A stretch of DNA of 33,610 nucleotides from contig DATEMM010000461.1 in assembly GCA_035275605.1 (NCBI GenBank), forward strand, positions 1-33,610, read 5' to 3'. The notes under the pieces were generated by a model. The model was not told where the DNA came from, did not search any database, and saw nothing but the letters and a program-made list of their open reading frames with translations. How positions within the stretch are numbered: the first letter of the stretch is position 1; the number at the start of each line of letters is the position of its first letter. Of this stretch, positions 9,423 to 18,524 are shown piece after piece. The DNA is from Pyrinomonadaceae bacterium. GTDB lineage: Bacteria; Acidobacteriota; Blastocatellia; Pyrinomonadales; Pyrinomonadaceae. The translations under genes and the position numbers were made by a program.

Positions 9423-10544
9423 ATGAAAGTGCCGCTGCTTGATTTGCAGGCGCAGTACGACTCGATCAAAGAGGAGCTGAACTCGGCCCTCCGGCGCGTG
9501 ATGGATTCGCAGCAGTTCATCATGGGGCCGGACGTCCGCGCGCTTGAAGACGAGGTCATCTCTTACACGCACGCGCGGCACGCCATCGCCTGCGCCTCCG
9601 GGTCGGACGCGCTGCTCCTGGCCCTGATGGCCCTCGACGTCAAGGCCGATGATGAAATCATCACCACTCCCTACAGCTTCTTCGCCACGGCTGCCGCAGT
9701 CGCGCGTTTGGGTGCGCGTCCCGTCTTCGTCGATATAGAGCCGGACACTTACAACCTAGATGTCTCGAAAATCGAGGCCGCAGTGACGGAGCGCACGCGA
9801 GCCATCATGCCCGTGCATCTCTACGGCCAGTGCGCCGAGATGAACGCCATGATGGGGATAGCCGAAAGCCTCAAGCTCCCTGTCATAGAAGACGCGGCGC
9901 AGGCCATCGGCGCGACCGACGGAGCGGGGCGTCAGGCCGGCACAATCGGCGCAATCGGCTGTTTCAGTTTCTACCCGTCGAAGAATTTGGGCGCTTCGGG
10001 CGACGGCGGGATGCTGACGGCAAACGACGATGCGCTTGCCGAGCGCCTGCGTATGCTGCGCGTTCACGGGAGCACGACGAAGTACTACCACAGCCTGATC
10101 GGCATCAACAGCAGGCTGGACTCCCTACAGGCTGCGATCCTGCGCGTCAAGCTGCCGTACCTGGACAAATGGTCTGACGCTCGGCGCGCGAACGCAGAGC
10201 GCTACGACCAGCTCTTCATAGACGCGGGCCTGACCGAAGTGATAGGGCTGCCAGCCGTCCGTGACAATGTCCGCCACATCTTCAACCAGTACGTCATACG
10301 CGTGCGCGACGGGCGGCGCGACCAGCTCAGAGAACATTTGAAAGAGGAGGGCGTTGGCACAGATATTTATTACCCGGTACCTTTACACCTCCAGGAATGT
10401 TTCGCTTATCTGGATCACCGTGAGGGGGATTTTCCAGAAGCCGAGCGCGCGGCGCGCGAGACCATCGCCCTGCCCATTTATCCGGAACTGACCGCCGAGC
10501 AGCAAGGTTACGTCGTCGAATCCATCCGCGGCTTTTACGGCTGA
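9423..10544 (+). CDS. Second DegT-family PLP-dependent sugar aminotransferase
   Basis: [20 protein letters not shown]..., [34 protein letters not shown], and [23 protein letters not shown] start it at ATG 9423, which aligns with the paralogue at 7221. The track start at 9390 is a TTG that adds 11 residues. Confidence 0.88.
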   Translation: MKVPLLDLQAQYDSIKEELNSALRRVMDSQQFIMGPDVRALEDEVISYTHARHAIACASGSDALLLALMALDVKADDEIITTPYSFFATAAAVARLGARPVFVDIEPDTYNLDVSKIEAAVTERTRAIMPVHLYGQCAEMNAMMGIAESLKLPVIEDAAQAIGATDGAGRQAGTIGAIGCFSFYPSKNLGASGDGGMLTANDDALAERLRMLRVHGSTTKYYHSLIGINSRLDSLQAAILRVKLPYLDKWSDARRANAERYDQLFIDAGLTEVIGLPAVRDNVRHIFNQYVIRVRDGRRDQLREHLKEEGVGTDIYYPVPLHLQECFAYLDHREGDFPEAERAARETIALPIYPELTAEQQGYVVESIRGFYG

Positions 10545-10589
10545 AGCGGACCTCTCATCAACACCATTCACGAACCACAAGCACCACGT

Positions 10590-11609
10590 TCAGGAACCAA
10601 GCATCAGGCTTAAGTTCTCCTTGAGCGCTTCCGCGTCCACCAGCAGGTTCGCGCTGTGCGGGTCTTCTTCCGAATTCTCCGGCTCGCAGGCCTGGTAGTA
10701 GTAGTTCAGGTTTAAGGCAGACGCCATCGTGAAGTAGCAGTTGTCAATCGCGTCCGTGCGGTTACGCAGTTCCATGACGCTGCGGCCGGGCGACATGAAG
10801 AGCATGTTGGTCAGCCCCGCGCCGTGACTGGAGACCAGGTGGCGGGCGTTGGCGGCTATCTTCACCTGCTCCTCGAAGGTGTAATCCTCGAAATGAAAGA
10901 CCTCAAAATCGAACTCGCGTAAGACCCGCAGGACTTCCTCTTCGTTCTTAACCCTGCGGATGGGAGCCTTGCCCCGGCTGATGTAGACGCGCTCGGGCGC
11001 GCCCGCCTCTTGTTTCCCGAAAGCCCGGACGAGTATGTCCCTGACTCCCCTCAGCACTTCGTCGTCGTGATTCCCGGTGTGCGCCGTGTGCGCTGGCACA
11101 ACTAGCTTTTGGCAGAGCACGACCTCACCCTGTTTGATGAACTCCAGTTTCTTGACGCCGAAAGCCTCCAGCGACCGGCGCGCGAACCCTAGCTTTTCGT
11201 AGCGATGTGGGAAGAGCAGGACCAGCTCCGGGATGCGGTCCCTGATCGTATAGAGCCTGGGCAGCGTGTCTGCGAACCAGTGATAATAGCCGCCGCTCCA
11301 ATCGTCAATGACCCACGCGGCGGGTGATGCTAAGCGCCTGCGCTTTCTCAAGAGGTAGTTGCTGGCCAGGAATTTGACGACGCTCCTCTTCTTCCACTGC
11401 TCCAGGTTGGCCGGGACGACGAAAGATTCCGGCAGGATTCGTCCGCCTTTGAAGAGCAGGCCGTCGGCGCTCGCCCGGACGTTCTCGATTTCGATTGGCC
11501 CGGCGGGCGGAGTCTCGTACTCGGGCGCGTATTCGAAGAGCCAGAGGTCTTCGGGCCGTAGATTGACGGGGAGCTTCCGCCGCAACGCGGCTTTAGGGCC
11601 GTGCGTCAT
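10590..11609 (-). CDS. DUF563 / GT61-like glycosyltransferase
   Basis: WSGGYYHWFADTLPRLY and VSSHGAGLTNMLFM are the characteristic DUF563 (GT61-type) motifs. The ATG at complement 11607-11609 shares its A with the upstream TGA (TGATG on the minus strand), indicating coupling to the FkbM gene. Confidence 0.75.
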   Translation of the reverse strand: MTHGPKAALRRKLPVNLRPEDLWLFEYAPEYETPPAGPIEIENVRASADGLLFKGGRILPESFVVPANLEQWKKRSVVKFLASNYLLRKRRRLASPAAWVIDDWSGGYYHWFADTLPRLYTIRDRIPELVLLFPHRYEKLGFARRSLEAFGVKKLEFIKQGEVVLCQKLVVPAHTAHTGNHDDEVLRGVRDILVRAFGKQEAGAPERVYISRGKAPIRRVKNEEEVLRVLREFDFEVFHFEDYTFEEQVKIAANARHLVSSHGAGLTNMLFMSPGRSVMELRNRTDAIDNCYFTMASALNLNYYYQACEPENSEEDPHSANLLVDAEALKENLSLMLGS

Positions 11610-12427
11610 CAACTTCTCTTCCGTGTGGCCAGGTAGTTAGTGGTCAGGAATATCTCCTGGTGCTCGCCGTAAAAACTTAAGGGGACGATCCCTTTGGGAA
11701 TGATCCGGCAGATGTCGTATCTCTCCGCGAGCAGCGACCAGAAGTCGTAAAAGTAGGTGCGCGAATAGATGTTGGCGGGGCCAAACTCGAACTGGATGAT
11801 CGAAATCGAGCCTTCGGCCAGCATCCGGCTCGCGCCGCGCAGGGCCGCCATCTCGTGACCCTCTATATCGAGCTTTAAAAAGTCTATGCGCTCGATTCCC
11901 TCCGCCGCGCAGAAGCCGTCAATGGTCTGCACCCGGATTTGTTCGGCGGACTCGACCTTCACGTCAACGACCTGCGTCGGGAGGCGCAGGTCTATGGAGG
12001 AGAGCAGCGAAGCCTCATGCCCGTCGGCCGTGTAGGAGTAGAGCTCTATCGCCTTTTCCTCGTCGGAAAAGCCGACGTTGACGGGCTTGATGGAATCGCC
12101 CGCGCCCGCCTCCGCGACGTTCTTGACCAACTGCTCGAAGGTGCGCCCGGAGGGCTCGAAGGCGTAAATCTGCGCGGCGGGGGCGAAACGCCTGACGAGC
12201 AGCGCGTAATCGCCGACGTTCGCGCCGACGTCGAAGACTACTGGCGCGTTCGCGTTTTCAAGGGCGGGCCTGATGACCTCTGAAAGAACCCACGTCTCGC
12301 CGCTGGTCTCGATGAGGCCGCCCCCGCCGTAGTTCATTCCGAAGATGGTCAGTGTGTGTAGCTGACTCCAGAGGCGTTGCAGGGCCGGGTGCTTCGTGCC
12401 CTGCCTGAAAAGAAGCCTCTTCAGCAT
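11609..12427 (-). CDS. FkbM-family SAM-dependent methyltransferase
   Basis: VFDVGANVGDYALL, AFEPSGRTFEQLVKN, and IDFLKLDIEGHEMAALRGA fit the FkbM-family pattern. 272 aa. Confidence 0.8.
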   Translation of the reverse strand: MLKRLLFRQGTKHPALQRLWSQLHTLTIFGMNYGGGGLIETSGETWVLSEVIRPALENANAPVVFDVGANVGDYALLVRRFAPAAQIYAFEPSGRTFEQLVKNVAEAGAGDSIKPVNVGFSDEEKAIELYSYTADGHEASLLSSIDLRLPTQVVDVKVESAEQIRVQTIDGFCAAEGIERIDFLKLDIEGHEMAALRGASRMLAEGSISIIQFEFGPANIYSRTYFYDFWSLLAERYDICRIIPKGIVPLSFYGEHQEIFLTTNYLATRKRS

Positions 12428-12509
12428 ACTCGGTTCCCTTCAAAGTACGAATCGGTCAACTGTGTGAGCAAGCGCTTTAATCTGAACGGCCGGGAGACGC
12501 CAGAGGATT

Positions 12510-13556
12510 TCAGGCAGCGCCCCAGCGCAGCTTGTTCGGTGTGGACGCGCCGCCGGCGGAGTGCGCCGCCTGCTCCTGGCGCGCCAGCTCCAGGTCGTGC
12601 TCGACCATCAGGCGGACGAGTTGCTTGAAGTCAACTTCGGGCTTCCAGCCCAACTGCTCGCGCGCCTTCGTCGCGTCACCGAGCAGCAAGTCAACTTCGG
12701 CCGGGCGGTAGTAGCGCGGGTCCTTCTCGACGTACTCCTTCCAGTCGAGGTCCAGCATCCCGAAGGCTTCGTCCAGAAACTCTCTGACCGAGTGCGTCTC
12801 GCCCGTCGCAATCACGTAATCGTCCGGCTCGTTCGCCTGCAACATCAGCCACATCGCGTAGACGTAGTCTTTGGCATAGCCCCAGTCGCGCCGCGCGTCC
12901 AGGTTCCCGAGGTAGAGCTTTTCCTGAAGCCCTAGCTTGATGCGCGTGGCCGCGCGCGTGATCTTGCGCGAGACGAAGGTCTCCCCGCGCCTTTCACTTT
13001 CGTGGTTAAAAAGTATGCCGTTGCAGGCGAACATGTCGTAGGACTCGCGGTAGTTGACCGTGATGTAGTAGGCGTAAGCCTTGGCACAGCCGTAGGGCGA
13101 GCGTGGGTAGAAGGGAGTGTTCTCGGTCTGCGGCGTCTCCAGCACCTTCCCGAAAAGCTCGGAGGATGAAGCCTGGTAAAATCTGGGCCGGATGCCCGCC
13201 TCGCGAATCGCTTCCAGAATTCGCACGGTCCCGACGCCCGTAACTTCGGCCGTGTATTCGGGGACGTCGAAGCTGACGCGGACGTGGCTCTGCGCGCCCA
13301 GGTTGTAAATCTCGTCGGGCTCGATCTGCCTGAGAATGGTGTTGAGCGACGAGGAGTCGTTGAGGTCGCCGTAGGCGAGGCGCAGGCGCGTCCCCTTCTC
13401 GTGCGGGTCCTGGTAGAGATGGTCTATCCGGTCAGTGTTAAAGGAGGACGAGCGGCGGATAATGCCGTAGACTTCGTAGCCTTTTTCGAGGAGCAGCTCG
13501 GTCAGAAAGGAGCCGTCCTGCCCCGTGATGCCAGTGATTAATGCGCGTTTACTCAT
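12510..13556 (-). CDS. gmd: GDP-mannose 4,6-dehydratase
   Basis: [48 protein letters not shown]..., [67 protein letters not shown]. Near-canonical Gmd over the full length. Confidence 0.95.
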   Translation of the reverse strand: MSKRALITGITGQDGSFLTELLLEKGYEVYGIIRRSSSFNTDRIDHLYQDPHEKGTRLRLAYGDLNDSSSLNTILRQIEPDEIYNLGAQSHVRVSFDVPEYTAEVTGVGTVRILEAIREAGIRPRFYQASSSELFGKVLETPQTENTPFYPRSPYGCAKAYAYYITVNYRESYDMFACNGILFNHESERRGETFVSRKITRAATRIKLGLQEKLYLGNLDARRDWGYAKDYVYAMWLMLQANEPDDYVIATGETHSVREFLDEAFGMLDLDWKEYVEKDPRYYRPAEVDLLLGDATKAREQLGWKPEVDFKQLVRLMVEHDLELARQEQAAHSAGGASTPNKLRWGAA

Positions 13557-13736
13557 TTTGGAAATAGTACCTTGTCCAGCGATTATTCGGCAGTAAGATA
13601 GAGGACCTTCGGTTGAACTTGCAAACTCGATACGATAACTAATGGGCGGCTTTTGAGCAAGCGGGGAGCGCGGGGCCGTTTCGCAGAATCCCTTTATTTT
13701 GATACCATGACGGTTCCGCTTAGGCCGGACAAATTC
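13557..13736. promoter_or_regulatory. Divergent intergenic region between gmd (-) and fcl (+); promoters expected but not resolved
   Basis: About 180 nt, relatively AT-rich, between divergently oriented genes. The best sigma70-like match (TTGAAC, 17 nt spacer, TAACTA) is weak. Confidence 0.3.
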
Positions 13737-14681
13737 ATGGACACAGCTAACAATAACTTCCCTTACAAGAAGGTCGTAGTCACGGGCGGCGCAGGCTTTC
13801 TCGGCGGCTTTCTAGTGCAGCGATTGCAGAGCTGCGAGGGCACGGAAGTCTTCGTGCCGCGCAGCCGCGACTACAACCTGGTCGAGAACGCGGATGTCAT
13901 CCGGCTGCTCGAAGAGACGCAGCCTGAGATGGTCATACACCTGGCCGCGGTCGTCGGCGGCATCGGCCACAACCAGAAAAACCCTGGGCGCTTCTTCTAC
14001 GACAACCTGATGATGGGCGCGCAGCTCATCGAGCAGTCGCGCCTGCACGGCGTCAAAAAGTTCGTCGCGCTTGGCACAGTCTGCGCGTACCCGAAGTTCA
14101 CGCCCGTGCCCTTCAAGGAAGACGACATCTGGAACGGCTACCCGGAAGAGACCAACGCGCCCTACGGCCTGGCCAAGAAGATGATGCTCGTGCAGTCGCA
14201 GAGCTATCGCGAGCAGTACGGCTTCAACTCCATCTTCCTGCTTCCCGCAAATCTCTTCGGGCCGAACGATAATTTCGACCTGGAGACCTCGCACGTCATC
14301 CCGGCCCTGATTCGCAAGTGCATCGAAGCCAGGCGTGCGGGCGCTCCCTACATAGAAGCCTGGGGCTCGGGCGGCGTTTCGCGCGAGTTCCTCTACGTGG
14401 AGGACTGCGCCGAAGGGATTCTGCGCGCGGCCGCCGGCTATGACGAGAGCGCGCCGGTCAATCTGGGCAACGGGCGCGAGGTGATGATTCGCGACTTGGT
14501 CGAGCTGATCGTGAAGCTGACCCGCTTCGAGGGCGAAATCCGTTGGCAGCCGAGCAGGCCGGACGGGCAGCCGCGTCGCCGCCTGGACGTCTCACGCGCC
14601 CAGGAGAAATTCGGCTTCACCGCCCGCACTTCCCTCGAAGACGGCCTGCGGCGAACCATTGACTGGTACGAAAGGCAGTAG
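13737..14681 (+). CDS. fcl: GDP-L-fucose synthase (GDP-4-keto-6-deoxymannose 3,5-epimerase/4-reductase)
   Basis: [81 protein letters not shown], and [26 protein letters not shown]. The start is uncertain between ATG 13707 and ATG 13737. The track start at 13653 is a non-ATG extension. Confidence 0.9.
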   Translation: MDTANNNFPYKKVVVTGGAGFLGGFLVQRLQSCEGTEVFVPRSRDYNLVENADVIRLLEETQPEMVIHLAAVVGGIGHNQKNPGRFFYDNLMMGAQLIEQSRLHGVKKFVALGTVCAYPKFTPVPFKEDDIWNGYPEETNAPYGLAKKMMLVQSQSYREQYGFNSIFLLPANLFGPNDNFDLETSHVIPALIRKCIEARRAGAPYIEAWGSGGVSREFLYVEDCAEGILRAAAGYDESAPVNLGNGREVMIRDLVELIVKLTRFEGEIRWQPSRPDGQPRRRLDVSRAQEKFGFTARTSLEDGLRRTIDWYERQ

Positions 14682-14778
14682 TCGGTGGTCAGTGGTCAGT
14701 GGTCAGTTAAAAGAAAGACCATCAACCGCGCCGCGCTTTTGTTTTCACTGACCACCGACCACCGACTACTGACCACTG
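14682..14778. repeat. Heptamer-repeat hairpin element E3 (GTGGTCA / TGACCAC family)
   Basis: Left arm: GTGGTCA at 14685, 14692 and 14699. Spacer: TTAAAAGAAAGACCATCAACCGCGCCGCGCTTTTGTTTTCAC. Right arm: TGACCAC(14749) CGACCAC(14756) CGACTAC(14763) TGACCAC(14770). It begins directly after the fcl stop (14679-14681) and ends 4 nt before ATG 14783. Confidence 0.92.
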
Positions 14779-14782
14779 CTTT

Positions 14783-15658
14783 ATGAAACTCAGCATCGTC
14801 ACCCCCTCCTTCAATCAGGGAAAGTTCCTGGAGCAGACCATCCAGTCCGTGCTCACGCAGGACTACCCGGACGTCGAGTACATCATTATTGACGGCGGAA
14901 GCACGGACGAGAGCATAGAGGTTATCAGGAAGTACGAAAAGCACCTGGCCTACTGGGTCAGCGAGAAGGACGCGGGTCAGGCGCACGCCATCAACAAGGG
15001 ATTGAAGAGGGCGACCGGCGACGTCTTCGCTTTCATCAACAGCGACGACCTCTACCTGCCGGGGGCGTTCCGCGCCGTCGTCGAGCACTTCCGCCGGAAT
15101 CCTTCCTGCGAATGGCTCTGCGGCGAGACGCTGCTCTTCGGCCCGGAGCGGCAGACTGAGCTGGCTCCGACGCGCGTGCCGAAGACGGCGGCGCACGCGC
15201 TCTCCTGGGCCTACGCGGCGGCGCAGCCGGGCATGTTCTGGAAGCGAGACATCCTGGGCGAAGGGTTGCAGGAGCGCTGGCGCTACTGCTTTGACAACGA
15301 GTTGTACGCGCGCCTGCTTGTTCGCGGGCACAAGTGCGAGCACCTGCCTGTGCCAGTCGCGGCCTACCGCTATCACGAGACGAGCAAGACGGTCGCCGAG
15401 GGCGAGCTGTTCGACCGCGAGTTCGACCAGATCACGGAGATGTACCAGAAGGAGTTGAAAGGCTCGCAGCGGCGCTGGACGCTCGGCACGCTTCTTTTAA
15501 GACGCTCTTACATGGCGAGCCAGACGGGCGATTCCAGGGCTTCCGCGAAGTATCTGCTGCGCTCGCTGATGGTTCACCCGGAGGGAATCGTCAGCCGTCC
15601 GTTCTGGGGCTGTTTTCGCAGGACGCTCAAGAGCGGTCTCGCTCCGCGCAGCAACTGA
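14783..15658 (+). CDS. Family 2 glycosyltransferase
   Basis: [44 protein letters not shown]..., [23 protein letters not shown]. Paralogue of the partial gene at 1..659. Confidence 0.88.
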   Translation: MKLSIVTPSFNQGKFLEQTIQSVLTQDYPDVEYIIIDGGSTDESIEVIRKYEKHLAYWVSEKDAGQAHAINKGLKRATGDVFAFINSDDLYLPGAFRAVVEHFRRNPSCEWLCGETLLFGPERQTELAPTRVPKTAAHALSWAYAAAQPGMFWKRDILGEGLQERWRYCFDNELYARLLVRGHKCEHLPVPVAAYRYHETSKTVAEGELFDREFDQITEMYQKELKGSQRRWTLGTLLLRRSYMASQTGDSRASAKYLLRSLMVHPEGIVSRPFWGCFRRTLKSGLAPRSN

Positions 15659-15676
15659 AGGTAGTTCGCACACCCT

Positions 15677-16576
15677 ATGATCAGCGTCGTCATCCCCACC
15701 TACAACCAGGCACACGTCCTGCCGCGCGCGGTAGAGAGCGTCTGGGCGCAGGGTGTGCCAGATTTAGAGATCATCGTCGTCGATGATTGCTCGACGGACG
15801 AGACGCAGTCGGTCCTCGACTCTCTTTCACAAAAGGGAGAGCTTCGCCATCTCAGGCTGGAGCAAAACTCCGGCCCGGCTGCGGCGCGCAATCGCGGTAT
15901 ACGCGAGAGCAGGGGGGAATGGGTGGCGTTCCTGGACGCAGACGATTACTGGATGCCTGGAAAGCTCTGCGCGCAGTTGCGTGTGCTGGAGGAGGGCGCA
16001 CAAACGCCGCTTGACTTCGCGTATTGCGGCGTTGTAGCTGTGGACAAAGAGGGGAAGGTCGCGGCCATTTACCCTGCGCCCCCCGTCGAGGACTTCATGG
16101 ACGATTTGCTGTGGGGCAACCAGATTGCCACTCCGACGATGATTGTGCGCCGGTCCCTGCTGGAAAAGACGGGGCTCTTTGACGAGGCTCTGCTCGTCGG
16201 CGAAGATTGGGACCTCTGGCTGCGGATAGCCGCGCAGGCCAGGGGAGAGGCCGTGACGGAACCGCTGGTCACGGCCAACTACCGCGCCAATGGATATCCG
16301 CTCGGCAAATACGAGTCGGCGGTCCTGCGCATCCTGCCACGCATCCAGGAGGCGTTGAAGAGTCGGAAGAACCCGACCCCGTCCAGGAGCCAACAGCGCC
16401 AGGTCTTGAGCTGGCACTTTTCCGTTCTCGCCAAGTCTCATTTTCAGGAGCGGAACATACTGAAATCCCTCCGCTATGTCCTGCGCTGTTTGGCCCACTC
16501 CCCGCACGGGCTGCGATACCTGCTGCCGATGCGCGCCTCCAGGCCGCAGCTCAAGGGCTTGAAGCCTCATGCCTGA
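15677..16576 (+). CDS. Family 2 glycosyltransferase
   Basis: MISVVIPTYNQAHVLPRAVESVWAQGVPDLEIIVVDDCSTDET, NSGPAAARNRGIRESRGEWVAFLDADDYW, and VGEDWDLWLRI. Confidence 0.88.
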   Translation: MISVVIPTYNQAHVLPRAVESVWAQGVPDLEIIVVDDCSTDETQSVLDSLSQKGELRHLRLEQNSGPAAARNRGIRESRGEWVAFLDADDYWMPGKLCAQLRVLEEGAQTPLDFAYCGVVAVDKEGKVAAIYPAPPVEDFMDDLLWGNQIATPTMIVRRSLLEKTGLFDEALLVGEDWDLWLRIAAQARGEAVTEPLVTANYRANGYPLGKYESAVLRILPRIQEALKSRKNPTPSRSQQRQVLSWHFSVLAKSHFQERNILKSLRYVLRCLAHSPHGLRYLLPMRASRPQLKGLKPHA

Positions 16577-16609
16577 CACCCAAGCGACCCGGAGCTTAAA
16601 CGATCAATC

Positions 16610-17560
16610 ATGGCCATAACGCGCAGCCTTAGAAATCTTCGGCGCTGGTGGGACTTCCCGCGCCGGCACAACATTCCGCCGGACGCAGTGGTGCTGGACG
16701 TTGGCTGCGGCAACTGGCCCAACATGCGGGCCAACATCCTGGCGGACAAGTTCCTGGTGGACGATTCCGAGCGGGGCCAGCCGCTGGCGCTCGATCACCG
16801 CCCGCTCATCGTCTGCGACGCGCTCTACCTGCCGTTTAAAGACAAGAGTGTCGATTACGTCATCTGCTCTCACCTGGCCGAGCACGTGGAAGACCCCGAG
16901 GCGTTGTTCAGAGAGCTAAGCCGCGTGGCGGGGGCCGGGTACGTCGAGTGCCCAGGCCGCATCTGGGAGATGCTGCATGGCTGGGAGTATCACCGCTGGT
17001 ACGTGACAACGCAGGGAGGCGAGATGCTGTTCGAGGAGAAGCCACGCCCGCTGCACGACTCGGAGATGCACGCCTGGTACGACAACCTCTTCAAGAACGA
17101 CCGCGAGTTCGAGCAGTTCTTCATAGACAATATAGAGCGGCTGGGCATGGTCTCGATGTACGACTGGGTGGGTGAAGCCAGGTGCAGCGTGCGGCGTCTC
17201 CCGCAGAGCGTCTGGGAGCGGACGACCTCGCGCCTGGAATCCCGCGGGCCCGTCAGCCGGGAAGAATTGGCGACGCAGTTGGGACGCGTGCCCACTCCTC
17301 CTTTGTCTAGAAACGAGAGCATCAAGAAGCGCCTCGCAGCCCGAGCACGGCGCGCATCGGACGGGCGGGCGCTCGGTCGGCTGCGCTCCATGCTGTGTTG
17401 CCCGAGGTGCAAGGGCGAACTCACAGATGGCAAAGAAGGCTTATCCTGCGCCGCTTGCCGGGCGGACTTTCCGGTCGTCGGCAATATTTATTATTTAGTT
17501 CCGGAGCAAATCGCCGGCTGGCGGCCTGAAAGTTTGACCGATGTCGTCCACGCTCATTAG
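16610..17560 (+). CDS. Class I SAM-dependent methyltransferase with C-terminal Trm112-like zinc ribbon
   Basis: VLDVGCGNWP (motif I), ALYLPFKDKSVDYVICSHLAEHVEDPEALFRELSRV (Methyltransf_11-like), and the C-terminal CCPRCKGELTDGKEGLSCAACRADFPVVGNIYYL (CxxC...CxxC). Confidence 0.75.
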   Translation: MAITRSLRNLRRWWDFPRRHNIPPDAVVLDVGCGNWPNMRANILADKFLVDDSERGQPLALDHRPLIVCDALYLPFKDKSVDYVICSHLAEHVEDPEALFRELSRVAGAGYVECPGRIWEMLHGWEYHRWYVTTQGGEMLFEEKPRPLHDSEMHAWYDNLFKNDREFEQFFIDNIERLGMVSMYDWVGEARCSVRRLPQSVWERTTSRLESRGPVSREELATQLGRVPTPPLSRNESIKKRLAARARRASDGRALGRLRSMLCCPRCKGELTDGKEGLSCAACRADFPVVGNIYYLVPEQIAGWRPESLTDVVHAH

Positions 17561-18524
17561 CGTCATCATCCCGACCTACAATCGCTCTGACTACCTGCCG
17601 CAGGCGGTCGAGTCGGCGCTCGGCCAGACCGGCGTCGAAGTCGAAGTCATTGTGATAGACGACGGCTCGACGGACGACACGTCGGCCCTAATCGAGCGGA
17701 AAGCCGCGCACTGGGGCGAGCGCTTTCATTACGTGTGGCAGGAGAACGCCGAGCGGAGCGCGGCCCGCAATCACGGCTTACGGTACGCGCGTGGCGAGTT
17801 CGTGGCCTTTCTGGATTCCGACGACGTGTGGCGCGAGGGACACGCACAATCCTGCTTGGCCGCGTTGCAGGACGATTCGACGGCCGCCGCCGCTTACGCA
17901 GAGTACGGATTGATTGCCGCCGACGGGCGCGTCATCAACGACTATGTCGCGCGCCCACAGGGCGAAGGCCAAAGTTTCCTACGCGACCTCTGTTTGAAGC
18001 GCTTGATCCTGCACCCGACGGAAGTAATCGTCCGCCGCAGCGCGCTCGGCACAGGCGACGCGTTCGATCCCGAAATCTCCGTCGGCGAGGACTGGCTGCT
18101 GTGGGTGCGGCTCGCGCAGACTGCTGCCTTCCGGCGCACAGGCGAGCCGACTGTCTGGATGCGCATCCACCCGAAGGGGACGTTCGGCGACCCGCTGAAG
18201 TTCACGCGAAGCCTCCTGCTCGCGGCTGAGAAGGTGATCAGTACGGGCCTCCCAGCGGAGCTCGGCATCAACGGCAAACGAATCCTGGCGATCAACCGCA
18301 CGCACTGCGCCTACGCGCATTACCTTTCGGGCCACTCATCGGAGGCACGACGGCTGCTGATGTCAGCTCTCAGGGAGTACCCGGCGATATTGAAGGAGGC
18401 TGACGCGTGGCGCGTGCTGGGCAGGCTGCTCGCGGGCGACAAACTCTCCAGGCGTATCCGCGCCAGGCGTCAGCGCGGGCGCGGCGCTGTTGTCGGAGCC
18501 GACGGCGGGCAGCAGGCTGATTGA
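17541..18524 (+). CDS. Family 2 glycosyltransferase
   Basis: ISVIIPTYNRSDYLPQAVESALGQTGVEVEVIVIDDGSTDDT, ERSAARNHGLRYARGEFVAFLDSDDVW, and VGEDWLLWVRL. It overlaps the preceding gene by 20 nt. Confidence 0.88.
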   Translation: MSSTLISVIIPTYNRSDYLPQAVESALGQTGVEVEVIVIDDGSTDDTSALIERKAAHWGERFHYVWQENAERSAARNHGLRYARGEFVAFLDSDDVWREGHAQSCLAALQDDSTAAAAYAEYGLIAADGRVINDYVARPQGEGQSFLRDLCLKRLILHPTEVIVRRSALGTGDAFDPEISVGEDWLLWVRLAQTAAFRRTGEPTVWMRIHPKGTFGDPLKFTRSLLLAAEKVISTGLPAELGINGKRILAINRTHCAYAHYLSGHSSEARRLLMSALREYPAILKEADAWRVLGRLLAGDKLSRRIRARRQRGRGAVVGADGGQQAD

